From positions 178,830-242,829 of the forward strand of contig JADFNM010000001.1 in assembly GCA_022563395.1 (NCBI GenBank): a stretch of 64,000 nucleotides of DNA, in the 5' to 3' direction. The notes under the pieces are model-generated. The model searched no databases, had not been told where the DNA came from, and saw only the letters and a program-made list of their open reading frames with translations. The DNA comes from Patescibacteria group bacterium (GTDB lineage: Bacteria > Patescibacteriota > Minisyncoccia > Minisyncoccales > UBA10102). This document shows, in pieces, positions 36,527 through 44,906 of the stretch. Every line of letters begins with the position of its first letter. The stretch's first letter is position 1. The position numbers and the translations under genes are program-made.

Positions 36527-37738
36527 ATGTTTTCCTTGCTGAAGAATAAAAAGATTTTAGCTTGGACTTTCTATGATTTTGCCGATACTGCCCTGGCAGC
36601 TCTTTTCTTTACCTTTTTCTGGCCCTTGCTTATCAAAGAACATTTGGGAGGAAATGAATTCCAGATTGGCCTTGTTATGGGTCTTTCGCTTCTTTTCGTA
36701 GCGCTCTTTGTGCCTTTGATAGGAGCAATATCTGACGCCACTGGCAGACGCATGCCAATTCTTATTATATCTACTTTGCTGACCGCTATTTTTGCAGTTC
36801 TTACCGGATACATGGGTTTAGTTGGAGCTTTAATTCTGGGGTTTCTGGTACGGTTTTTGTTCACCGTTGATATTGATCTCTACGACGCTAAACTGGTTGA
36901 TATTGTTGCGCGTTCCAAAATCGGCTTTGTATCCGGCCTGGGAGTTGCCATTGGATATCTTGGCACAATAGTTGGCCTGGCCGTAGCCTATCCATTGCTG
37001 GAGTATTTTGGCTGGGACACGTTGCTTGGCATTCAAGTGATTTTTATTGAAGGGGCGCTCTTTCTGCTTATTTTCTCTCTTCCTCTTTTCTTGTTGGTTA
37101 AAGATAAACCCCTCAAAGAAAAAATACCCTTTCTGTCTGCTTTTCGCAAAGGTCTTAAAGCACTGAAGTTTACCATTACCAACCTTAAACAATTCCCGGC
37201 CTTTGGCAGGTTCCTGCTTGCTTCTTTTATCTACAACGATGCGGTAAATACCACGCTTATATTTTTAGTGCTGTATGCCACAAGCGTTATTGGCCTTCAA
37301 ATCAAGGAGTTTTTCTTTGTTTTTGTCCTTATGGCTTTGGGAGCTGGAGTTGGAGCACTCATATTTGGGTATCTTTCAGGCAGCTTTAGTCCCAAACGAG
37401 CCCTAATCATTGCTCTTGGAATGTGGATTTTTGTCATTGTTTATCTCCTTTTAATCAAAACCTTTGCCAGCATACTTATTGCCGGAATTATAGGAGGGGC
37501 GGCACTTGGAGGCATCTGGACCGCGAATCGGCATATGGTAGTTCTAATCTCGCCATATCGGAAAATAGCTGAGTTTTTTGGCATTGAAGGGTTAACCGAA
37601 CGCCTCTCCGGGGTCTTGGGACCTATTATTTTTGGCGCAATTGTTGTCACGATTGGATACCAAGTTGCTCTTTTCTTTATCCTCTTTTTGTTCATTGCAG
37701 GCCTTGCTCTTCTTTTGAGAGTGCCGCTAAAAACTTGA
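36527..37738 (+). CDS. MFS-type transporter
   Basis: 12 predicted TM helices, a GAISDATGRR loop motif, and duplicated 6-TM halves. Confidence 0.6.
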   Translation: MFSLLKNKKILAWTFYDFADTALAALFFTFFWPLLIKEHLGGNEFQIGLVMGLSLLFVALFVPLIGAISDATGRRMPILIISTLLTAIFAVLTGYMGLVGALILGFLVRFLFTVDIDLYDAKLVDIVARSKIGFVSGLGVAIGYLGTIVGLAVAYPLLEYFGWDTLLGIQVIFIEGALFLLIFSLPLFLLVKDKPLKEKIPFLSAFRKGLKALKFTITNLKQFPAFGRFLLASFIYNDAVNTTLIFLVLYATSVIGLQIKEFFFVFVLMALGAGVGALIFGYLSGSFSPKRALIIALGMWIFVIVYLLLIKTFASILIAGIIGGAALGGIWTANRHMVVLISPYRKIAEFFGIEGLTERLSGVLGPIIFGAIVVTIGYQVALFFILFLFIAGLALLLRVPLKT

Positions 37739-37860
37739 TTAAATTAAAATGGACATATCTCAATTTGTATCTCTTTTCCATCGTGTTGAGAAAAGATATT
37801 GGCAATTGTTCCCATGAGAGCTATACTATTGGTATGCGCTACAGCGTGAAGGGAACAAAT

Positions 37861-38286
37861 ATGGAACTCACTCCGGAGGTCTCCACGTATATTGAGGAGA
37901 AGATAGGAAGCTTGGATAGGTTTATTAAGCATGTGGATTCTGCAGTGCAAGGATGGGTAGAAGTTGGGCGCATTGGCAAGCATCATCAAACAGGAAAGGT
38001 CTGGAGAGCAGAAGTTCAAATTCATCTGCCAGGCAGGTCAATGAGATCGGAAGCTGTGGCCAAAACCATTTTCCTGGCTATCAATGAAGTGAAAGACAAA
38101 TTGCAACGGGAACTCAAACAATATAAAAGGAAACAAGCCACTAAACAGAAAAAGGGGGCTCGCAGCTTTAAACCGCCTTTCCCTTTGAGAAAACCTCCCC
38201 GTCTCAAGGGAAAGGTTCAGAATGTTGGGATTAAACCAATTCGCAAGAAACCTCGTACTCATATGCCACCAGAAGCCCCTAAATAA
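37861..38286 (+). CDS. hpf: Ribosome hibernation promoting factor / RaiA family (ORF opens at 37735)
   Basis: MELTPEVSTYIEEKIGSLDRF...VEVGRIGKHHQTGKVWRAEVQIHLPG. Basic C-terminal extension. Confidence 0.7.
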   Translation: MELTPEVSTYIEEKIGSLDRFIKHVDSAVQGWVEVGRIGKHHQTGKVWRAEVQIHLPGRSMRSEAVAKTIFLAINEVKDKLQRELKQYKRKQATKQKKGARSFKPPFPLRKPPRLKGKVQNVGIKPIRKKPRTHMPPEAPK

Positions 38287-38317
38287 GGGGCTTTTTGGTT
38301 GCATGGGGAGTGGAGTT

Positions 38318-38348
38318 CAAACTTTTGTTGGTTTTTTGGTAGAATGAG
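38318..38348 (+). promoter_or_regulatory. T6-GGTAGAAT promoter module 3 nt before the ATG at 38352
   Basis: GTTGGTTTTTTGGTAGAATGAGAATATG. Confidence 0.5.
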
Positions 38349-38351
38349 AAT

Positions 38352-38705
38352 ATGAATCCAATAGCATTCGCAGTTCTAGCAGCACCAGCTTTTGGTTTGT
38401 GGACCGTATTCCATAAGCTCGCCGCTCCGTATATCAACCAAGTGTTTGGAGCAATTCTTGTGTCGTTCACTGCTGTCATCTTAGGCAGTATTGTTCTGCT
38501 GCCTAGGATAAAAGACGTCCAACTCTTTAGTGACCCGAAAGGAATAATCTTCCTTGTTCTTGCAGGACTAATGGCCTTTGGAATTGATTTCTTTGCACTT
38601 CAGGCATATTCAAAGGGATTACCTCTCACTGTCGGTGGACCTATCATTATCGGAGGAAGTATCGCCGTCGCCGTTAGTATTGGCTTTGTATTAGGAATTT
38701 TTTAA
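38352..38705 (+). CDS. Small 4-TM membrane protein
   Basis: 117 aa, entirely hydrophobic helices. Confidence 0.4.
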   Translation: MNPIAFAVLAAPAFGLWTVFHKLAAPYINQVFGAILVSFTAVILGSIVLLPRIKDVQLFSDPKGIIFLVLAGLMAFGIDFFALQAYSKGLPLTVGGPIIIGGSIAVAVSIGFVLGIF

Positions 38706-38767
38706 AATATCTGCTAGACTATTAATATTCAAGGTCGGCTAATACTTCATTTACTAATATTTATTCC

Positions 38768-38998
38768 ATGAAAAAAACTACATGCAAGACTATGGGTGGC
38801 GTTTGTGACGAGGAGATCCGTGGGGAAACTGCTGAAGAATTGATGGCCAACGGTAAGCAGCACCTTCATGATGCGGCTGAGACCGGCGACGAAGATCACA
38901 AAGGTGTCATTCAAAAAATGGAACAGATGAGCGAAGAAGATCGCAAAAAGTGGGCTGGAGAACTTACGAATAACTTTGATGCACTGGAAGAGGCTTAA
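38768..38998 (+). CDS. DUF1059-like small metal-binding protein
   Basis: 76 aa with MKKTTCKTMGGVCDEE...HLHDAAETGDEDH, a Cys/His pattern typical of DUF1059. Confidence 0.4.
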   Translation: MKKTTCKTMGGVCDEEIRGETAEELMANGKQHLHDAAETGDEDHKGVIQKMEQMSEEDRKKWAGELTNNFDALEEA

Positions 38999-39108
38999 AG
39001 TTAGATCCCGATAGGTAGGAGGGTGTGATCTCTTATTATACTAACCAATCAATCGCCAAACAGGCGGTTTTTTGGTAGAGTAAGGATGGCGAATTTCAGA
39101 GGAGAGAA

Positions 39109-39339
39109 GTGAACGACAAGCACCCAAGAACAGGGGAGAGGCATATGTATATGTACTGGATGCTCAGGATAGCACCCGTAGTGACGATTCTCGTTGTTAT
39201 CAACCTCCTTGTGTGGCGGTTCACCGAATTTAAGGTGATCTTCGGCCCCGGGCTCTCTGGGGTTCTCCTGATTGCCTCTGTGGGTCTGTGGTTTATTGCC
39301 CTCTATGCTTCACGAAATGCTCGATATCGAGCAAGATGA
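39109..39339 (+). CDS. Small 2-TM membrane protein (ORF opens at GTG; an internal ATG at about 39145 is likely)
   Basis: Hydrophobic ORF downstream of the promoter module at 39046-39080. Confidence 0.3.
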   Translation: MNDKHPRTGERHMYMYWMLRIAPVVTILVVINLLVWRFTEFKVIFGPGLSGVLLIASVGLWFIALYASRNARYRAR

Positions 39340-39402
39340 GGGTTCATACCATGATAGGGCGGTGAGATGATATCAATACCCGCTTTTCTTTTACACAAAA
39401 CA

Positions 39403-39420
39403 GGTTCTAACATCGTCCCA
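39403..39420. repeat. GGTTCTAACATCGTCCCA boundary motif copy
   Basis: Matches the consensus GGTTCTAAC[AT]TCGTCC. Followed by palindromic elements. Confidence 0.6.
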
Positions 39421-39440
39421 TAGGGAGAGCCATTGTTGCT

Positions 39441-39545
39441 TAAACGAGATTTAAGCAATATCCATTGAAGTTAATGGTTCCTTAATTTCATTTAGGAGAT
39501 AATCACTAGAATCAATCATGCTTAAACGAGATTTAAGCAGCATGG
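39441..39545. repeat. Composite of three palindromic elements (type A, type B, type A)
   Basis: GCTTAAACGAGATTTAAGC ... GGTTCCTTAATTTCATTTAGGAGATAATC ... GCTTAAACGAGATTTAAGC. Confidence 0.8.
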
Positions 39546-39552
39546 GGAAAAA

Positions 39553-39588
39553 GAATCGCCAGTACGGCGATTTTTTGGTAGAATCAAA
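39553..39588 (+). promoter_or_regulatory. Hairpin-T6-GGTAGAAT promoter module before acpS
   Basis: ATCGCCAGTACGGCGATTTTTTGGTAGAATCAAAT, then ATG. Confidence 0.6.
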
Positions 39589-39589
39589 T

Positions 39590-39922
39590 ATGATTATGAA
39601 ACTCGGGACTGATATCGTACATATTCCAAGATTTGAAAAGACATTGAGAGAAAGTCGGGAATACTTTGAACAGAATGTGTTCTGCCCCGAAGAATGGGCA
39701 GATTCATCAATAGAGAAATTAGCTGGAAGATTTGCAGCAAAGGAAGCAACACTCAAGGCCTTGGGTATTAAAGCTGGCCGCTGGCAAGAAATTTGCGTCA
39801 AAAATTCAGAAGATGGAAAACCGTTCCTTGCTTCCTTCCTAATGCAGAAAAAATGGAAACATGAACTTTCCATTTCTCACGACGGTGAATACGCAATTGC
39901 TGTCGTAGTATTCTATCGGTGA
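39590..39922 (+). CDS. acpS: Holo-[acyl-carrier-protein] synthase (ORF opens at 39518 inside the repeat)
   Basis: MIMKLGTDIVHIPRF...FAAKEATLKALG...ISHDGEYAIAVVV, the 4'-phosphopantetheinyl transferase signature. Confidence 0.8.
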   Translation: MIMKLGTDIVHIPRFEKTLRESREYFEQNVFCPEEWADSSIEKLAGRFAAKEATLKALGIKAGRWQEICVKNSEDGKPFLASFLMQKKWKHELSISHDGEYAIAVVVFYR

Positions 39923-39944
39923 TTCCCCCATGTTGAGCAGGGAA

Positions 39945-42488
39945 TCACAGGTTTCTTATTTTTTCTTCAATAAAACGGGCAGCTTCTTGATAGGTCATTG
40001 TTTGGTCAATGAGAAAAGGTTTTCCAAAGGTTATCTTGACCCTGTGACGACGAGGCCATCGAAACACAGGAGGCGCTCCTTCGGGTCCCGGTTGGACAAC
40101 CTGTTGGGTTCCTTTTAGTTTGACAGGCACAATGGGAACTCCCATTTCAATTGCCAAGAGTCCGGCACCCCCTTTGAACTCCCTAAGTCTCCCGGTCCTG
40201 GACATGACCCCTTCTGGGAATACCAACACCGAGAAATCACGGTCAATAATGCGCCCAAGATATTCCACGGATGACTTTACCTGCCCGCTGCGTGAGAAAG
40301 GAAACATAACGAAAAGAAATTCTAGAAATCCTTTCGCATACTTAATCCAAGGCGTTTGTGTTTCATACAAAACCTCGGTGGCGGCAGCCACTGCAAGCCG
40401 TTTTCGAATCCTGGCGGGTAGTGCTCCATAGATTACACCTACATCAATCGTACTTAAATGATTTGAGAAAAAGAGAACAGGATGTTTGATGTGCTCTATA
40501 TTCTCTAATCCCTTTATTTCTACGGGGGCAACATACAAAACCAAGGGCTTGAGAAAAAATATCTGAAAAAGTGCTCTCAAGAAGGTGGTATAACTTCCAA
40601 ATGGTCTTGGATTAAATGGATAGAGTATGTGTTTTTGCTTTTTCTCTGTAATCGTTTCCCGTATGTCTCGCACAGTGGTCTGGGGAGTAATTTCAGCTTC
40701 GTCTAAGGCAACAGAAAACTCGCTTTCAATTCTGGCTACGAGCTCAATGCGCTTTAGGGAGTCTAGATTGAAGTCAGCAACAAGCCGCTTCTCGTCTTTA
40801 ACCTCTTGTACAGGAACCTCTGCTACCTTTGCAACAATCTCTTGAAGGATTGAAGGGGTCTTAGAAGGAAGCTCCTCCTTTCTTTTACCTTGAATCTCAG
40901 CTTCAATAACTGGCAGCACTTCATGTTTCTTTACTTTTCTCGTGGGAGTACGGGGAAAATCATCCAAAGACCATACAGAGAAACCTTGAATCCTCTGATA
41001 TGCCATCAATTTGGCATTGACTTTATTAATAATGGTTTGAGGATTGACCTCTGTATCTTTTTTAAGGAGAAGAACTGCGTGTACTTGTTCCTCTCCATTC
41101 CTTTTTAAGCCAAGAACCGTAGAATCAGCCACTCCATGTTCTTTGTTCAGCTCAAACTCAATATCCTCAGGGTATACATTCTCACCAGAGGGCAGTACAA
41201 TCATAAATTTTTTGCGGCCTCTAATGTGAAGGTATCCTTTTCGGTCAAAAAATCCAATGTCTCCGGTCCGAAGCCACCCTTTTTCGTCAAATATTTCTTT
41301 TGTTTTCTGTTCGTCCCTCCAATATCCAGCAAAGATATTTGGGCCTTTCGCAAGTATTTCTCCGTCCCCTGAAAGTTTGAGAGTTACGCCTTGAACTGGC
41401 TTGCCGACAGATGCAATAGTGCGCTCTTGATAGCTGTTGACGGTGAGCACGGGTGAAGTTTCGGTGAGACCGTATCCCTGGAGAATATAGATACCCAAAC
41501 TCTCCCAAAATTCACCCACCTCTTTTGAAAGTGCAGCTCCCCCAGAAGCGATGGTATGCATGTTCCACCCAAACTTTTTATGGATGTTGCGAAAAAAGAG
41601 TCGGCGCAAAGCCATGGATGGGATTGCTTGAGAAATTGAAAGCAGCACTTCCAGCATTCTGAGCTTATGTTTTATTTCAGCTTGGTCTCTGATTCTAAGA
41701 TATATGAGCCGTAAAAATTCCGGCACTGCCAACATGCGGTTTGGTTTATCATCTTGAAATATCCTGCTCAGATGGTTTGGACTCAGAGAAGCCGCATAGC
41801 TTACTTGAGCGCCAGCGGCAAGGGGAACCAGCATGCCTCCCAACTGTTCAAACATGTGAAAAAGCGGAAGAATTGAGACAAATCGCATGGTGTGGTCTAC
41901 GGGGATTGCCTTGCGGGAACCTGCAAGACTGGAAAGAAGGTTTTTATGCGTAAGGATAACACCCTTGGGGTTTCCTGTGGTTCCTGAAGTATATACAATC
42001 TCTGCGATATCATGTTCGCCAAGAGCAGGAAGGGAAGCATGGACTGGCGTACTGGGTTTTGCTATGTCTTCAATAAAAACAATAGGAATAGAAATTCCTT
42101 TGGTTGAGATGGTGCGATTTTTGAAGATACATTTTGCTTGAGTTTGTCTGACTATACCCTGAATAAACTCAGGTTTACTCTCGGGACTGAGAGGCACCGC
42201 TACCGCTCCCCGAAGCTGGATACCAAAGAATGAAGCTACCCAAAAAGGGGAATTAAATCCTATAAGAACTACGCGATCTCCCTTTTGAATGTTGTGTTGC
42301 CCGAGAATATGCGCAAAGGAAACCGCATGATTCCATAAATCTTGGTATGTCCAGCTCAGTGTCCGAAATCTGGGACGATACAGGTATGCGGTTTGAGAAG
42401 TGTATCTTTGGCATACACGAAAAAAGAGTTCTGGAAGGGTCTTTTGTTCCATGCTGTCATTATACCTATGAAAGAAAGGGGTTATCAA
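39945..42488 (-). CDS. Tri-domain acyl-activating enzyme: AMP-dependent acyl-CoA/ACP synthetase + phosphopantetheine carrier domain + PlsC-type acyltransferase (Aas-like)
   Basis: AMP-binding motifs YTSGTTGNPKGV and GWLRTGDIG, carrier motif LGADSLKRIEL-like (FNLDSLKRIELVARIE), and acyltransferase HxxxxD motif FFSNHLSTIDVG. Confidence 0.75.
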   Translation of the reverse strand: MITPFFHRYNDSMEQKTLPELFFRVCQRYTSQTAYLYRPRFRTLSWTYQDLWNHAVSFAHILGQHNIQKGDRVVLIGFNSPFWVASFFGIQLRGAVAVPLSPESKPEFIQGIVRQTQAKCIFKNRTISTKGISIPIVFIEDIAKPSTPVHASLPALGEHDIAEIVYTSGTTGNPKGVILTHKNLLSSLAGSRKAIPVDHTMRFVSILPLFHMFEQLGGMLVPLAAGAQVSYAASLSPNHLSRIFQDDKPNRMLAVPEFLRLIYLRIRDQAEIKHKLRMLEVLLSISQAIPSMALRRLFFRNIHKKFGWNMHTIASGGAALSKEVGEFWESLGIYILQGYGLTETSPVLTVNSYQERTIASVGKPVQGVTLKLSGDGEILAKGPNIFAGYWRDEQKTKEIFDEKGWLRTGDIGFFDRKGYLHIRGRKKFMIVLPSGENVYPEDIEFELNKEHGVADSTVLGLKRNGEEQVHAVLLLKKDTEVNPQTIINKVNAKLMAYQRIQGFSVWSLDDFPRTPTRKVKKHEVLPVIEAEIQGKRKEELPSKTPSILQEIVAKVAEVPVQEVKDEKRLVADFNLDSLKRIELVARIESEFSVALDEAEITPQTTVRDIRETITEKKQKHILYPFNPRPFGSYTTFLRALFQIFFLKPLVLYVAPVEIKGLENIEHIKHPVLFFSNHLSTIDVGVIYGALPARIRKRLAVAAATEVLYETQTPWIKYAKGFLEFLFVMFPFSRSGQVKSSVEYLGRIIDRDFSVLVFPEGVMSRTGRLREFKGGAGLLAIEMGVPIVPVKLKGTQQVVQPGPEGAPPVFRWPRRHRVKITFGKPFLIDQTMTYQEAARFIEEKIRNL

Positions 42489-42575
42489 ATATTTGTTTTT
42501 GTATTAACCTATGGTATAATATGTATTCTCTTGTAAATTAACCATTGGCATCAACTATGATGCTGTTAATATATT

Positions 42576-43781
42576 ATGGATGAAAGCTCGCAACGCGAGC
42601 GGATACGGCTCCGCAAACAATTGCTCAAAGAAATTCAAACCCTCAAAGACCGAAGAGGATTTCTAAGAGCCGGCCTACCCAACTATAATCGTTTATTTGG
42701 AAGAGATTCTTTGATTGCCGCTTGGCAATTATTAGATTGGAATCCGGGAATCTGCAAATCAACTTTAGAAATTCTCTCTCAACATCAGGGTAAACTGTTT
42801 AACGACGAAAGAGAAGAAGAGCCCGGTAAGATAATCCATGAAATGGATTTGGAGGAGAGTTGGCATCCTGACCACTACTTTCCCTTTCCTTACTATGGCT
42901 CTGTTGACTCCACTCTTCTTTACCTGATTCTTTTTGCTTTTTATTTCAAAAAAACAAAAGATCGAAAGTTTCTGCAGGAGCATTGGGAAAATGTCCTCAT
43001 GGCTTTGCACTGGCTAGAAGAATGTGGTGATAAGGATAAGGACTATTTTATTGAGTACAAAAGAAAAAATCCAAACGGACTTTTTCATCAGGGATGGAAA
43101 GATAGTTTTGAGAATCATTTGAAAATAAAGCCACCTGTGGCTATTGTAGAAGTTCAAGGATATCACTACTTGGCCTTAGAAGAGATTGCCAACTTGGCAG
43201 ATGTAAGAAGAGACTTTGATTTGAGAGAGAAACTCAAAGAAAGGGCAGAAAACTTGAAAAAAGAGTTTAATAAAAAATTCTGGATGGATGAGAAAAATTA
43301 CTTTGCATTGGGATTAGACGGAAAAAAGAGACAGAGGAAAGCAATTACTTCCAATCCCGGACGTTGTCTTTTTACGGGTATTATAGATGATGAGAAAAAA
43401 CAGAAAATAGTGGAAAGGCTATTTGAAAAAGATATGTGGACACCTTTTGGCATCCGCACTCATTCAACGCAAGAACCGGATTTTGACCCTCAAGCCTATC
43501 ACCTGGGGTCCGTTTGGCCTCACGATAACTGGATAATAGCTCAAGGTTTGAAGAAATACGGCTTCTTCAATGAATATCAAAAAATAAGACAAGCTTTATT
43601 TGCAGCACACAGAGAACTTGGTTTTCTTCCTGAGCACTACGGGGTAATTGATGGAAAAGTTATTCCAATCTCTACCGCAGCTTACCCCCAGGCTTGGGCA
43701 ACCTGTGCCCTGTTTAACTTTCTCGGTTTGCAGATTCATGAGAAAATCCTCAGGATTCCCTTAAGGATTTTTCGCTGGTAA
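42576..43781 (+). CDS. Glycogen-debranching-enzyme-like (amylo-alpha-1,6-glucosidase, six-hairpin glycosidase fold) protein
   Basis: 401 aa with GFLRAGLPNYNRLFGRDSLI and later W/D/E-rich segments typical of (alpha/alpha)6 glycosidases. Confidence 0.45.
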   Translation: MDESSQRERIRLRKQLLKEIQTLKDRRGFLRAGLPNYNRLFGRDSLIAAWQLLDWNPGICKSTLEILSQHQGKLFNDEREEEPGKIIHEMDLEESWHPDHYFPFPYYGSVDSTLLYLILFAFYFKKTKDRKFLQEHWENVLMALHWLEECGDKDKDYFIEYKRKNPNGLFHQGWKDSFENHLKIKPPVAIVEVQGYHYLALEEIANLADVRRDFDLREKLKERAENLKKEFNKKFWMDEKNYFALGLDGKKRQRKAITSNPGRCLFTGIIDDEKKQKIVERLFEKDMWTPFGIRTHSTQEPDFDPQAYHLGSVWPHDNWIIAQGLKKYGFFNEYQKIRQALFAAHRELGFLPEHYGVIDGKVIPISTAAYPQAWATCALFNFLGLQIHEKILRIPLRIFRW

Positions 43782-43788
43782 TCTTTTT

Positions 43789-44820
43789 TCACCTCTTCTG
43801 ACGGAGAATATCTTTGTACAGTTGCTCATAGTTATCCACCATGGTCTGCATGGAAAAATTCTCGACAACATGTTCACGACAGCGCCGCCTTAAGATAGCG
43901 TGAAGATTCTTTAAGGCTCGAACAGCCTCCTCCTTGGTATCAACAAGAAATCCTGTTTCGCCATCTTTGATTAACTCTGGCATAGCGCCGGATCTCGCAG
44001 CAATAACCGGAGTGCCGCAAGCCATGGCCTCAATAACTACAAGACCAAAGGGTTCTTGTCTTTTAAATACTGGAAAGAGTAAACCTTTTGCTTCCCTAAG
44101 AAGTCTTACTTTCTTTTTAAAATCTGCAACTCCCACAAATTGAATCTGTTTCCCGTCGATTAAAGGTTTGATTCGATACTCAAAGTAGTCTGCACTCCTT
44201 GGAAAGATTGGACCTGCAATTATAAGCTTCTCCCCGGCCATCTTCGCAATTTCAATAGCATCTGGTAACCCCTTGTCAGGAGCAATAAGAGATAACCAAA
44301 GAAGGTAATCTTTTGGTCTCGCATTAAAGCGATACCTAGCAATATCAATACCGTTGTAGATTCTTTTCGCGATATGTAACCCTGGTGCGGATTTCTTCTG
44401 ATCATCCGAAATTGCTACATAATGAATATTCGGGAATTTTTTGTATATAATGGTATTTTCTTCGGTAAGGGGACTATGGATAGTACTGACGACAGGAGGC
44501 CTAAAAAAATTGCTGAAGGGGGCTGTGGAATATTCCCAATGGTCATGAATGATGTCAAATTCATCCTGTCGTTCCAAAAGTTCTTTACAGAGCAAAGCGA
44601 ATACAGCATAGGTATACCAAACACCAGCGTCTTTATAGACACCTGTAGGCCATATGGGGATTAATTTCGCCTTCGTCTTTGAATCGGCGGTAGCGAACAG
44701 GGTTACCTCATGCCCTCTCTTTACTAGCTCCTCAGTAACAAGAGAAGTTATAAGAGTGCTCCCCCCGTAGGTTTGGGGAGGGACCTCAAACCAGAGAGGG
44801 GCTACTTGTGCAATACGCAT
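43789..44820 (-). CDS. Glycosyltransferase family 4
   Basis: GT-B fold with N-terminal GGSTLIT and the C-terminal EPFGLVVIEAMACGTPVIA motif. Confidence 0.75.
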   Translation of the reverse strand: MRIAQVAPLWFEVPPQTYGGSTLITSLVTEELVKRGHEVTLFATADSKTKAKLIPIWPTGVYKDAGVWYTYAVFALLCKELLERQDEFDIIHDHWEYSTAPFSNFFRPPVVSTIHSPLTEENTIIYKKFPNIHYVAISDDQKKSAPGLHIAKRIYNGIDIARYRFNARPKDYLLWLSLIAPDKGLPDAIEIAKMAGEKLIIAGPIFPRSADYFEYRIKPLIDGKQIQFVGVADFKKKVRLLREAKGLLFPVFKRQEPFGLVVIEAMACGTPVIAARSGAMPELIKDGETGFLVDTKEEAVRALKNLHAILRRRCREHVVENFSMQTMVDNYEQLYKDILRQKR

Positions 44821-44906
44821 AAGTTATCACTCATTATGGGGCAGAATGGAATTTTTGTCCACTCTGTGTCCACGGGGATACCAGCACACTAATACAAAAA
44901 GCCAAT

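Noticed and set aside
39518-39589. N-terminal 24-aa extension of AcpS (MLKRDLSSMGKKNRQYGDFLVESN)
   Set aside because: This extension is simply the translation of the palindromic element and promoter module. The conserved AcpS sequence and the promoter spacing support the ATG at 39590.
16678-39600. Classical integron (intI + attI + attC cassettes)
   Set aside because: No tyrosine recombinase/IntI ORF is in the window. The boundary motifs only loosely resemble attC R-box consensus (GTTRRRY), and each cassette has its own promoter. Integron-like is therefore used only as an analogy.
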